Source: the human T2T-CHM13v2.0 reference genome, Homo sapiens. From it: a stretch of DNA of 64,000 nt. The notes beneath the pieces were generated by a model, which was not told where the DNA came from, ran no database searches, and was given only the letters and a program-made list of their open reading frames with translations. The translations under genes were made by a program, and so were the position numbers. Shown piece after piece: positions 28,810-41,609 of the stretch. Location: NCBI RefSeq assembly GCF_009914755.1, contig NC_060931.1; one strand, 5' to 3'. Every line of letters begins with the position of its first letter. The first letter of the stretch is position 1.

Positions 28810-29620
28810 ACTTCATGCCCACTAGAATAGCTAAAATCTAAGACTGACAGTATCAAGTATTGGTAAGGATGCAGAACAATTAAAACTCACATATATTGCT
28901 GATGGAAGTATAAAATGATATAACCACTTTGACAAAAAGTTTGGCAGTTTCTTATAAAGTTAAACACATCTTCTGATTCAGCAATTGCAGTTGTAGGTAA
29001 GTATCCAAGGTAAGTGAAAATACATGTTCACAAAAAGACTTGTAGAAGAATGTTCATAGCAGCTCTATTCACTGTAGTCAAAAATTGAAAACGACCCAAA
29101 TGTCCATCAACAACAGGATGGGTAAACAAGTTGTAGTATATTAGCACTTAGCATTAAAAAGATTGAATTACTGTACTGATACATCCAATAACATGAATAA
29201 AACATAATGCTGAGGAAAGAAGCTGCATACAACAGAGTATATATTGTATGTTTCCACTTATATGAAGTTCTAGAACAGGTAAAGCTAATCTAAGGTGAAA
29301 AAATTCAGTAGTGCCTTTGAGGGTTTGAGGCATTGCTCCCAAGGGAGGACTTTTTTTCTTACGAGATGGAAATATGGTGAGGGTATAGACACACAGCTCA
29401 AATTGTTCAATTAATACTTGTGCATCTCAATGTACGTATATTTTACCTTAAAAACTGTAAAAACAATAACAATCAGATGGAGGAGTTTGGAGTGGAGGTT
29501 TAGATAAAAGAAGCGAGGCAGAACATTGATACTACAAGTTGAGTGATGAGTGATGTCCTTTATATTCTTCTGTTTATGTATGCTTGAAATTTTCCATAAA
29601 AAAAAGTTTTAAAAAAGACA
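28810..29620 (+). mobile_element. L1M (ME/MB) 3' region
   Basis: CCCACTAGAATAGCTAAAAT...GACCCAAATGTCCATCAACA...A-rich end. Confidence 0.85.
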
Positions 29621-30309
29621 ATAAGGAAAAATGATCAAAAGGCTTTCAGGGAACTGGAAATAGTTCAGTATGGCTGGAGCAGAGAGTGTGTTTTCCACTC
29701 TTTCATTTCATAGGAATCTTCCCAGACAGTGGTGAACTGAAAACACCGAATCTCTTAGTCACATCTGATTCTACAGCAAGGATGGTTACAATGACTAGCT
29801 AACACAAACGAATAATTGTGGTGGAAAAAACAGATGTTTGTATCTCAAGTGTAAACATAACTTACCAAATATTATTACTTGAAGTACTTGGCAACAATTG
29901 GAAAAAGAATTTAAATATGAGCCATGTAGCTACCATGGGATATGGACATGTTTAATGGTACAGGCTCAGACCAGTATAATCCCCTTCCATAACTTGGTAA
30001 CGCTCCTGACATTGCAATAAGTAAACTAAACCACACCCAGTCAGCAACTAATTAAAAAACAATAAATGTCTTATAAATAAAAAAATTATGTATCTGAAAA
30101 TATGTGGGAAATATGCTCAATAAATCATCTGATTCATCACTTCTTATTTTAATACAGATTATTGCAAAGCTGTGGGTATTTCAATAATAAATCTACATTA
30201 AGTTTTCTTCACCTGAATGCAGTGCATTCTTGTTTGTGTATGTGTATGTGTGTGAAGTTGGGGCTCTGTGTAGACTTAGAGTGAATTACAGATTTCTATT
30301 TTAGGAAGA

Positions 30310-30480
30310 GAACTTAAAAGTTCCCTTTAATTTTACAAATGAGGGAACTAAAACCAAGAGAAACGAAGTGACTTGTCCAAGGTAAAAAGGTGTAAGACCA
30401 CAGATCAGATCTGATTTCTTCAAATTGAAGTAGACTGTTTACAATGTGTATGAATCTAAAATGCTTTCCATGAGCTGCAT
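30310..30480 (-). mobile_element. MIR
   Basis: ATTTTACAAATGAGGGAACTAAAACCAAGAG...AAGTGACTTGTCCAAGG. Confidence 0.8.
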
Positions 30481-30772
30481 CCATATTGAATAACTCAAGA
30501 AAAGTTTGTCTTGGCAATTCACAGAACACTATTCAAATACGGAATTGTTTAAAAGGCTTCTAGTGCACTAGTGGAAATATTCTTCTGCCCCATGGAGATT
30601 ATAATACTGAAGCAGACAGATATCTTCAAAAGGTTGTGGAAAACAGCCAATTTACCATTTGTCTATGCTTGCTTATAGAGCATTAGAGAGGATATTGAAC
30701 TACCAAAACCCTTTCCTCTATTTTCTCTTCTTGCCTAGCTCTTTACTTGGGTGCCACCACATGCTCTTTATA

Positions 30773-31017
30773 CCACTGTGTTTCAAGCTATGGGTTACAA
30801 TCCACTTATGAGTTATACAATCAACTTAATGGCCACAATCAGCATTTTTGAAATTAAATTTATTAGATTAGAAAATATCAGTGGACAACACTCATAAGGT
30901 TAGGGCAAGTTATTTCATGAAATTCCTGTTTCAGTCATAAATATATGTGTGTACACTGTGTGGAAATGTAAAACATTTTTTTACTGTGGATCAGTCAAGA
31001 GTACTTGAGAGCAGATG
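30773..31017 (+). mobile_element. hAT-Charlie non-autonomous element (Charlie4z-like)
   Basis: TGGGTTACAATCCACTTATGAGTTATACAATCAACTTAATGG...CAGCATTTT. Confidence 0.6.
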
Positions 31018-31099
31018 GCTTTCGTAGGTCCTCAGAGGGACTTGGACATGCTTTAACTCTGATTACCCCTTCCTCAACTTGTGTGTTCATGGTGTGCAC

Positions 31100-33550
31100 G
31101 ATTTTATTCTTATTTTTAAGTCGACACAAATGAGATGTTATTATAATCATTTATTCTCATAATATACAATGTACAATGTCTGTATTTACCTACATGTTTG
31201 CTAATTTCTTTGCATCTGTGAAATTTTTTAATGTGGTAACTTTCATAAAACACAACATTCACCATTTAATCATTTAACCCCAACTCAGTGGCATTCAGTA
31301 CAGTGATGTGCAACCATCATCGCTATCTATTTCTAGAACATTTTTATCAGCCACAAAGGAAACTCCCTATTCACTAAGCAATCACTTTCCATTCCTCCCT
31401 CCCCTACAGCATCTGGAAATCAGTAACCTGCTATCTATCTCTATGGATTCTGGATATTCCACATAAATGAAATCATACAATATGCGGCATTTTGTGTCTG
31501 GCTTCTTTAAATTAGCATGTTTTTGAGATTCATTCAAGTTGTAGCATGTATCAGTTATTCATTCCTTTTTGTGGCTGAATATTTCATTGTATGAATATAC
31601 ATTGTATGAATATACCATCTATCCATTGATAGACATTTAGGCTGCTTCCACCTTTTGGCTACAGTGAGCAGTGCTGTTATGAACATTTGTGTACAAATAC
31701 TTATTTGAATATCTGCTTTCAGTTCTTTAGGGGTATATACCTAGGAGCAGGATTACTGGTTCATAAGGCAATACTATGTTTAATTTTTTGAAGAATCACC
31801 AAACTGTTACAATCTATTAGTAGGTTATGAAATCAAACTCTTTCCCACAGTGGCTGTACCATTTTAAATGCCCACCAGTAGTGTACAAAGACTCCAATTT
31901 CTCCACATCCTTTCCAACACATTATTTTTCATTTTAGAAAGATGATAGCCATTCTAGTGGGTATGAGGTGGTATCTCATTATGGTTTCAATTTGCATTTC
32001 CCTAGTCACTAACAATGCTAAACATTTTTTCATGTGCCTGTTGGCCATTTGTACGTCTTCTTTGGATAAATGTCCATACAAGTCCTTTGCCCATTTTTAA
32101 ATGAGATGTTTGTCTTTGTTGTTGAGCTGTAAAAGTTCTTTATATATTCTGGATACTAGATCTTTATCATTTATATGATTTGCAAATAATTCTATGTTGT
32201 CTTTTTACTTCCTTGGTAATGTCTTTTGATGAATAAAAGCTTTTGAATCCAATTTACTTCTTCTTTTGTTGCTTGTGCATTTGGTGTCATATTTAAGAAA
32301 TCATTGCCAAATTCAAGATTGTGAAGTCTACCCTTATGTTTTTTTCCTAAGGATATTACAATTTTAGCTCTTAAATTTAGGTCTTTGATCCATTTTGAGT
32401 TAATTTTTGTATATGGTGTGAGGTTAGAGTCCAACTGTATTCTTCTGCATGTGAATACTCTGAACTTTTTAGAATCCTATTTCCTCTTTCTGAAATACAT
32501 TTCTTAAAAGTTTGTTCAGAAATGATTTCTTGGTAATAATTTCTACGTGTTTTTTTGGTAATGTCTTTATTACCACTGTATTCTGGCTTCCATTGCTGTT
32601 ACTGAGAAACTTGACATCATTTTTCCACCTTTGTAAATTTTCTACCTCTTTTTTCTGCCTGCTTTTAAATAGTCTTTGGTTTTACTAAAATATATCTGAG
32701 AGTGGCTTTCTTTTTATCTAGTCTACCTTGGACTCTTGTTTCTTCTATCTGTGGATTCATGACCTTTCTTCAGTTCTGGAAAATTCCCAGGCTTTGTATC
32801 TTCAAATATTGTCTTTCCTCTATTTTCTCTATTCTCTCTTTCTGGAACTGCACTTACATATGTTATATTTACTCATTCTATCCTCCAATGAGGATAACAT
32901 TTAGCTTCTTTAATATTTATCTCCTATCTCTCTGTATTATGAGTATTTCCTTTAGATTTAATTCTCTCTTCCTGTGTATATTCTGCTGGCTAATTTATTG
33001 GGTTATTGATTTCAATAATGATATTTTTATTTCTAAATATCTTAATTCATTCTTTTTTTCAAATGTGCCTGGTATTTTAAATTAGAGTTATATTTTGATC
33101 ATTTTTCAGTTTTTATTCCATCTTTAATATCTTAAAACATTTGCTGATAATTGCTTTTTACTATAATAATTTCATTATCTTAAATTCTCAAGAACTTGTG
33201 TGTTTTTGTTTTTTCCTAATTTTGTTCATGATATATTTGTTAATATCTTATTATACATTATATTTTATTGAATTTAATATTTCCAAATCAGAAGGCCTTA
33301 AATTCGGAATTTGCATTTGCTTTATGGATCCAGGAGGAAGTACTCATCTGGGACTACTCTAGAGCTCTTCAAATATATTGGCTTAATGAGAGAGTCTCGT
33401 TTTCTTTGCAGAAAGCCCAGAGCTTAATCTTCGAATTCCAGTGCTGGCACTGACATTTTCCCCAAGGTAATCCTAGCCTTTTCGTTTGTTTAAACTGTTC
33501 ATCATTCCAGTTTTAGTTGTTTTTCATTTTCTATTTTTGGCAAATGGGGA
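31100..33550 (-). mobile_element. L1MB (about 31220-32460) nested in older L1M fragments
   Basis: Minus-strand peptide LTPYTKINSKWIKDLN; L1MB 3' UTR motifs. Confidence 0.85.
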
Positions 33551-33574
33551 TATTCCTTATTTCTTGTCAGTCAG

Positions 33575-34360
33575 TGTGATATCATAGAAAGATACTTGGC
33601 CTTTGTTCCTGGTTTCTGGCACACAGTTCCCAAAACTCTTAGAATTTCCTGAGTGATAAAGGGTGATAGGAGTATTTTTTGTTCTAGTGACATGACTTTT
33701 TGTGGGCTTCTAGGTAGCTTCAGGAGGGTGGCTGTTCCAGAAAAACCAGCCTTGATTAGAAGCTTGGAACATTCCACCCACCTCCCTCTAATCTCTAGCA
33801 CAGGGAAAGGAGCTGGAGAATGAATTGATTGCTGGTGGCCAATGATTTAATCATTGCCCACAGATAAAACTTCCATAAGAAACCCTAAATGATGACATTT
33901 GGAGAGCTTCCAGGTTGGTGAACACATCAAGATGCTGGGGGAGTGACATGACCAGAGAAGGCATGGGAGCCCCATACCCCTGATCCCAAACCTTGCCCTA
34001 CGAATCTCCTTCACTTTACCATTCCAGAGTGGTAGCATTGATAATAAACCAGTGAATTTGGTGAGCTGTTCTCACAAATCATCAAACCTGAGGAGGGGGT
34101 CATGAGAACCTCTGATTTATAGCTGGTCACTCAGAAGGATGGGAGGCCCGGGACTTACGGCTGGCATCCGAAGACTGTGTTGAGGGGTAGTCCTGTAGTA
34201 CTGAGTTCGAAACCTGTGGCGTCTGCACTAACTCTGGGTTGTTAGTGTTAGAACTGAACTGAATGAGTGGACACTCAGCTGGTGTCCAGAGAGCTGGAGA
34301 AGTGATACTGGAAAAGACACCATGTATTTGGCATCAGGAGGAATAAATGTCTCAGTAGCA
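33575..34360 (+). mobile_element. MER21-type LTR
   Basis: TGTGATAT...CTGGTTTCTGGCACACAGTTCCCAAAACTCTTAGAATTTCCTGAGTGATA...GAGAGCTTCCAGGTTGGTGAACACATC. Confidence 0.85.
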
Positions 34361-35949
34361 GTGTTTTAAAAATTATATTTGAAATTCATCCAGGCTTCAG
34401 TCATATTGTAGTGGGAGAGTCATTCTATCTAGTCCATCATAATCCTAGCAGTAAATGGAATAGAATGTTTTTCTCTATATCCGCTGAAGGTTTTGACTTT
34501 GGAAGAAAAAAAAGGAAGTGAGATGTGAATAATAAACCATGGGTAACAGGGTTTGGTTTGGTTTAGTTTCTTAAACCATGATTATACCATGTTTATTTTT
34601 CTGAGGGCTAGAAAGATAGCAAAATACATGGAGAAAAGTTAACTGTAAAAGGGGCTAGAAGAGCTTGACACCTAAAGGTAAAAGAGAGAAAATGTTTCCT
34701 TATAGTTAATTACTTAAAATAAGTAGTATTTTCATAAAATAATAAGGTTCTTGAGAACAAGGACAGTATCTCTTTCATATTGCTTATTCATCAAAGAATA
34801 AGCACCTATGCACTTTTGGGGATCCAAAACTACTATGCTAAAATGATTGTCAAAGGTCGTGTAGACTTATCCTGAGGTCACACAGCCACTGTAACAGATC
34901 ATAGGAGTAGACTAAAGTCTCCTGACTCCAGGCCATGCTTGCGTATTATATCACACTACACCACTGAACTGAGTCAATATCAATTATTCAAGTATATGGC
35001 ATTGCATACCACAAAGAAGGAGAAAAAATACTCTATTTGGATTCAATTGTTTTCTTCTTTACTGATTACTTCATACATAACCTGTTTGTTGAAAGAAGCA
35101 CATTCTCTATGACTATACATCCTCAATTGTATGTTTAAAAAAATAATTCATACTGTAAGGACACAGTCATTGTGTATGTATACAGCTCAACTTCCTCAGT
35201 TGCTAAGGATGAATACTGCTCAGGATTAAACATGAAAAGCAGCTCTAGCTAGAGGCCAAGAAAGAGCTGATTTGTACATCAAAGTCATGGTGTCTAAGAG
35301 CTATAAATGGTAAATATGTGATGAAAGAGGTTAAGAGAAAAAAGAGAGGTGTACATGCATGAGGTGAGTCAGGCTGGGGTCTGAAATTCTAAAAGGTGGA
35401 TATGTTTTGCTGATTTGGGGGTAGTTTTAAAGCAGTCAAGAGGCCATGCATACTATCTCTGGATTTATCCACCTCCCTTCAGAGTGGGCCTGAGTAGAAC
35501 TGGATTGGAGTTTCTTTAGTGGTTTGTTTAGTGAAGGTTGTCACATGGTTGAAGGTTTGCTTGTAGCACTGTGGACTCCCATTTGGTCATCAGGTGTTGT
35601 ACTTGTTTTTTCCAAGATAACCTATACAGCACCTCCTCACTTCCTCCAGTAACAGAGGTGAGCTATGGAGGCAGGGTATATTGGATAGATGCAGCTAGGC
35701 TGGGTACAGCAGGGAGCAGTGAAGGGCAAGTGTACATATGTGTCTGTGTGGGTGTGTGTGTGTGTGAAAAGCTAGAGATGAAAGTGACATAATGACAACT
35801 CTGGATACCCAAGAATGGGCACAGGACTCTGTCCCACAGCTCCCAGCTGTGATTTGTAGTACAGATCTGCTAGCAAGAGACTACAACCACCTTGCTACTT
35901 CAATAGCTTTCTCTGATGTGTGGGTTTGCAGTTAAGATCTTATAGCTCT

Positions 35950-36900
35950 ATTTGACTATAGATGGATTCAGCAAGGAATGATAAAAGATGAGGTAGATAC
36001 ACAGAGAAAAGTAGTGGATGTGGGGAGACCAGTCAGGAGGTTACTGCAGTCAATAAGAAAGGATGGCAACCTGAATAGCAAAAGGGTTATAAGTACAATG
36101 AAAACAGATATTTTAAAATTATAAGAAAATACAACATAAAATTTTGGTGCCATAAACTTGAAAATCTAGATGAAATGGCTGATTATACAGAAAACACAAA
36201 TTAACAAAATTGATTCAAGAAGAGATAAGAAACAGGAATAGACCAGCTAGCAGCAGAGGTCAGGGAAAAGGTGAGGTGGTGAACAGCATATGAAAAGATC
36301 TACCCTATAAAACATCTCTAAGCTTGAATGACTATGCAAAAAAAACCCTATCAGACATTCAGAGTGTAGATCATTTCCATGATATCCAAATTATGTCAAA
36401 GCATCAAAACCAGGAACTTTTGCAATTCATCTCACAAGGTTAGAATAACCTAGAATTACAATCTAACAGTCATTGAAAATTACAGACCAGGCTCTCAAAT
36501 AAAAATAGATAAGAAATCCTGAATAAAACATGTAACAATTGAATCTAACAGTATATTTAGAAAATATACTGTGCCCAAGTAGGTTTTTATTTCAGAAATT
36601 AAAGAATAGCTAAATATTAAATATTCTATTGTGTAAATACTATATGGTGTAAATACTATTTATTTACATAATATAAAAGAATCAATTAATTAATTTAATT
36701 AATAGAATAGAAGATAAAGCAAGCAAAAGATAAAGAGTCAGTAATTAGAGAAGTTGGAGGCTAGAAGTAGCCAGTTTGGGGTCTGGTCAAAATACAGGGA
36801 AGATGATTATTCCAAGTAAAGAAGAGGGACAATGAGACAATTAAAGTACCACAAGATGTTAAGATCTCTAAGGAGATCTCAGTTGTCCAATAGACATTTG
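35950..36900. mobile_element. L2 fragments (minus) flanking an L1M ORF2 fragment (plus, about 36100-36650)
   Basis: GGGAGACCAGTCAGGAGGTTACTGCAGT (L2); TATGCC-like ...AACTTGAAAATCTAGATGAAATGG (L1 ORF2 NLDEM). Confidence 0.65.
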
Positions 36901-36959
36901 AGGTGGATGCTGAGTGTGGGCTTTTGGCCACAGACACCTCTGAGGAGGCAATCTGTCCA

Positions 36960-37145
36960 TCACTCACTTGGTGACCATGGGCCATCTAATTCAAATCTCT
37001 GTGACCCTAAATTCTCACCTAAAAATATGAGGCTAATGTGATGTAGTATATCTTTCAGGGTTGTTGTGAGGACTAAACGAGATAATGAGAACTAAGTAGT
37101 TAGCACAGAACCTGGCACATAATAAATTATGGTAGCTGCTATCTT
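36960..37145 (+). mobile_element. MIR
   Basis: CAGGGTTGTTGTGAGGACTAAACGAGATAATG...TTAGCACAGAACCTGGCACATA. Confidence 0.8.
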
Positions 37146-37509
37146 GATTATTAATGTATTTTTTTAAACTGAGACCGGATTGACAACCCCTTCATATGTG
37201 CTTTCTTCTCTGACCACCAGAGAGCAGACCAACATTACCCTTCCAGAACGAGCAAATACCTCAGGTTCCACAGCCTGAGAGTTCAGAATGTTTTCGGTAA
37301 GCTGCTCTTCTATAAATTTTGTCAGAAGAGCAAACTAACCTTTGTGAAAGGCATAGCAAAATGTCTGCTTTCTTCTTTATATTTTAGTTGAGAAAGGACT
37401 GGGATGTAAGTTAAATAGTCACTGAATATGAAATTACATGTAAATATCGAGATACACCATATCTGGCATTAGGAATCAAGATGATAACTTGATGTATTAC
37501 TTTTCTTTT

Positions 37510-37720
37510 TGCTTTACATTGTAGGACACTTTTTGAAGTGCTATTATATAGATATAATAGGTATAAATATAATAGATGTAAATATTCCATTTTATCTTCA
37601 CAATAACAGTGTGAACTACACAGGCCAGAGCACGTTGTTCCAATTTAACTGGTGTGAAAACTGAGGCTTATTAGAGTTTAGTGGCTCATCTAAAGACACA
37701 CATATATTTGGTGTCACAAT
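37510..37720 (-). mobile_element. MIR
   Basis: TTATCTTCACAATAACAG...GAAAACTGAGGCTT. Confidence 0.7.
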
Positions 37721-37769
37721 CTGAACTTCACCGGATCCGAAGACCACAGCACATACAGGAGTGCTCTTT

Positions 37770-37890
37770 TGGTTCTCTTTCCCTCCTTCTCTCCCTTCCT
37801 GTGTCCTTCCTGCCCTTCTTTTCTTGCTTCCCTCTTTATATTTTCTTTCCTTTCCCCTAGCTCCCCCCTACTTTTTCTTCACTTCCTTCT
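37770..37890 (+). repeat. CT-rich low-complexity tract
   Basis: Seen directly. Confidence 0.8.
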
Positions 37891-39725
37891 TCATTATGCA
37901 ATATTCCACACATATATATGATCTAAATAAAATGAATGTGATTAACCCACCATTCAGCTAAGAAATATTACCAGTATCTCTGAAGCCCAACTGCACACCA
38001 TACCCAACCTGTAACCTGGATTTTGTAATAATTTTCCTTTTCATTCTAGTTGTATCATCTTATCACTTATGCATCCCTACAAATATATACATTATTTATT
38101 TGCATATTGTTGGACTTTATGTAAATGAAATCATTCTCTCTCTTTTTTTTTTTTTGCTCAAAATTATGTATCTGAGATTTATCCGTGTTGATGTGTATAG
38201 CTGTGGTTCATTCATTTTCACAGCTTACAGTACTCCATTTTATTCATCTGTTCTCTTACTACTGGGCTTTTGGGTGATTTTCAGTTTTGTGCTATCATAA
38301 ACAAAGCTGTATATGAGTCTTGCTGTACATATGCCAAACTTTCTCCAAGGTATTCACCTAGGAATGAAATTACTGGTTCATGAAGTGTACTTACCTACAA
38401 CTTTACAGCTAATGCCGAATTGTTTTCCAAATTAGTTTTACCAATTCCTATGAGCTTATTACTTTGCATTCTCACCAACATGAAATTGTCAGAAATTTTA
38501 GGCAATTTCACACCTAATGCTCAGATTTTGGTTTTCAAACACCATTCTGCAATAAAAGGAACCAGCTTCCTTGGAGAAATAGCTGATTCCAGGGCTAGGG
38601 CAAGTAATAAACAAGATGATCTTGGAATATCTTGTAGTGCCAGAGAGTAAGAAAATGCTCCACGAAACAAAAACAAACAAAAACACAGCAGCCAATCACT
38701 AAGGAGCTCCTAATTGCCAAACCTGGAACAATCAGAGCAGCAAAATAAATACAGTGTACCCTAGAACAACATGGGTTTGAGCTGTGAGGGTCCACATACA
38801 CATGGATTTCCTTCCACCTCTGCCACCCTGAGACAGCAAGACTAACACCTCCTCTTCCTCGTCCTCCTCAGCCTACTCAGTGTGAAGTCGACGATGATGA
38901 AGACCTTTATGATGATCCATTTCCACTTAATCAATAGTAAACATATTTTCTCTTCCTTATAATTTTCTTAATAACATTTTATTTTGTCTATTTTAAGAAT
39001 ACAGTATATCATACATATACAAAATATGTATTAATTGATAACGTTTTCTGGAAGGCTTCTGGCCAACAGTATGCTGGAAGTAGTTAAATTTTTTGGGAGC
39101 CAAAAGTTATAAGTGGATTTTTTTACTGCATGGGGGTCAGTGGCCCTAATTCCCATGGTATTCAAGAGTCAACAGTATAGTATTGGATTATAAACCATAA
39201 AATATAATAAGCTTCCATGAATTCATACTGATATAAATAAATAAATAGGGGAGATGGGACAGCTCTTCCTTGTGATAGAATTTGAATTAATAAATGTAAA
39301 ATGAAAGAAAAACACAAAAAGTCTTCACTAAATACCACCATAATAACTCTTGCAGACATCCTCCATCAAGAGATGCTAAAATTAGTGGGTGAAAGTTTGA
39401 GTCGAAATAAAGTTTGAATCATTTCAAAATACCTTCCCTAAAATATTGACGACAAAGAGAAAGACAGTAATTTTACCAGGGAGAAACTTGGCAGAAAGCA
39501 ACTTAATCAAGTGATCGAGGTTACCACTACCAGTAATAAGATATCAACATCATGAGCCCTGCAATTTGATGCAGTGAGGACATAGCATCATTTCATGGTA
39601 GTCTCACACAACATGCATAACTAGAGTTCAATCACAAGAACACATTAGACGAACTCAAAATTGAGGGACATTTGACAAAATAATGTCTATTCTTCAAAAA
39701 TATCAAGGCCATGAAAGATAAGAAA
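37890..39725. mobile_element. L1ME (minus, to about 38500) followed by L1MC (plus), the latter interrupted by Tigger2a
   Basis: GACTTTATGTAAATGAAATCAT...; CATTCTGCAATAAAAGGAACCAG...CTTGGAGAAATAGCTGATTCCAGGGC. Confidence 0.7.
38752..39175 (+). mobile_element. Tigger2a
   Basis: TIRs CAGTGTACCCTAGAACA / TTCAAGAGTCAACAG, TA flanks, internal GAAGACCTTTATGATGATCCA. Confidence 0.9.
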
Positions 39726-39728
39726 AGG

Positions 39729-40774
39729 CCAGGCATTGACTTCTCTCTAGCTATGAAAGTCCGAGTTGGCAACTTCTTCCAATAGAAGGCTGTTTCATTT
39801 ACATTAAAAATCTGTTTAGTGTAGCCACCTTCATCAATGATCTTAGCTAGATCTCCTGGCTAAGTTGCTGCAGCTTCTACATGAGCACTTGCTGCTTCAC
39901 TTTGCATTTTAATGCTATAAAGACACGTTCCTTCCTTAAACCTCATGAATCAACCTCTGTTAGCTTCCAACTTTTTTCTCTTTAGTTTGAAGCTTTTTTT
40001 CTGCAGCTTCCTCACCTTTCTCAGCCTTTATAAAATTGGAGAGAGTTACAGCCTTGCTCTGGATTAGGCTTGGACTTAAGGGAATGTTGTGGCTAGCTTG
40101 ATCTCCTATCTAGACCACTAAAACCTCCATATCAGCAATAACACTGTTTCACTTTCTTATCATTTGTGTGTTCCCTAGAGTTTAATTTCCTTCAAGAACT
40201 TTTGCTTTGCATTCACAGCTTGGCTGTTTGGTGCAAGAGCCTTAGCTTTCAGCCTCTCTGACTTTCAACATGCCTTCCTCACTAAGCTTAATCATTTCTA
40301 GCTTTCGATTTCAAGTGAGAGACATGTGATTTCCCTTAACTGGAACACTTACAGGTCACTGTAGGACTATTAATTGGCCTAATTCCAATGTTGTTGTGTC
40401 TCAGAGAATAAGTAGGCCCGAGGAAATGGGGAGAGATGGGGGAATGGCTGGTCAGTCAAGCAGTCAGAACACACACATTTATCAATTAACTTTGATGTAG
40501 TATATGGGTGTAGTTCATTGCACACCAAAGCAATACAATAGTAACATTAAAGACAACTCATCACAGATCGCCATAACATATATAATAATGAAAAAGTTTG
40601 AAATGTCCTGAGAATTATCAAAATGTGGAAGAGATACAAAGTGAGCAGATGCTGTTGGAAAAAAATGGCGCCAATGGACTTGCTTGACAAAGGGCTGCTA
40701 CAAACCTTCAATTTGTGAAAAATGCAGTATCTGCAGCATGAAGTAAAGTGAAGAGCAATAAAATGGGGTATCTG
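39729..40774 (-). mobile_element. Tigger1 5' portion
   Basis: CCAGGCATTGACTTCTCTCTAGCTATGAAAG...TTCCTCACTAAGCTTAATCAT...GCAATAAAATGGGGTATCTG|TA. Confidence 0.9.
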
Positions 40775-41282
40775 TACAGATATTAAACTGAATTAAATAT
40801 TTCCATTTGGTTCAATGACAGTAACTTATAAGAATGGTCGATTAGAGATTGCTGGGAGATAATTGCTGGGCACCAAGCCACTTTTTAGTAATAGTTTCAA
40901 AATTTACAGTGATTGGAATAGTGAGTTTATATTTGGTGGTGCATGAAAAAACAAGGAGATACATCATAAAAACCTTGGAAACAATAGAATCATTATCTTT
41001 TATAGCTTATAAAATGGTGGGCTGAGCTTCTGAGTCTACAAAATTGAGTGGGAAACCTTACACATAGTGAGTTTACCAAAGCTAGTGTCACCTCAATGGT
41101 TTTCCAGGCCTCATTGCCCACATTTTGTTTTAAACTTCTTTGGGTCCTAGGAAGGTGCCCCCTTGGACAACAATTAAGAAAAGCCCAGACCACATTTCTA
41201 TCATTCAGGCCTTCTTTCACTTCCTTTTCAAGGCTACATTCATTTCTCTTACCTGTGTCTGTAGCGATAGATGGTATTTTCT

Positions 41283-41609
41283 TTTCTTTTTTTTTTTTAG
41301 ATGGAGTCTCGCTCTGTGGCCCAGGCAGAAGTGCAGTGGCATGATCTCAGCTCACTGCAACCTCCACCTCCCAGGTTCAAGCTATTCTCCTGCCTCAGCC
41401 TCCTGAATAATTCGGATTATAGGTGAATGCCACCATGCCCGGCTAATTTTTTTTTCTTTTCTTTTTTTTTTTTTTTTTTTTTTGTATTTTTGATAGAGGC
41501 AGGGTTTCACCATGTTGGCCAGGCTGGTCTTAAACTCCTGACCTTGCGATCAATCCACCTCAGCCTCCCAAAGTGCTGGGATTACAGGAATGAGCCACCA
41601 CACCCAGCT
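41283..41609 (-). mobile_element. AluS with expanded central A-linker
   Basis: Full dimer; perfect 17-bp TSD GATAGATGGTATTTTCT (41266-41282, 41610-41626). Confidence 0.95.
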
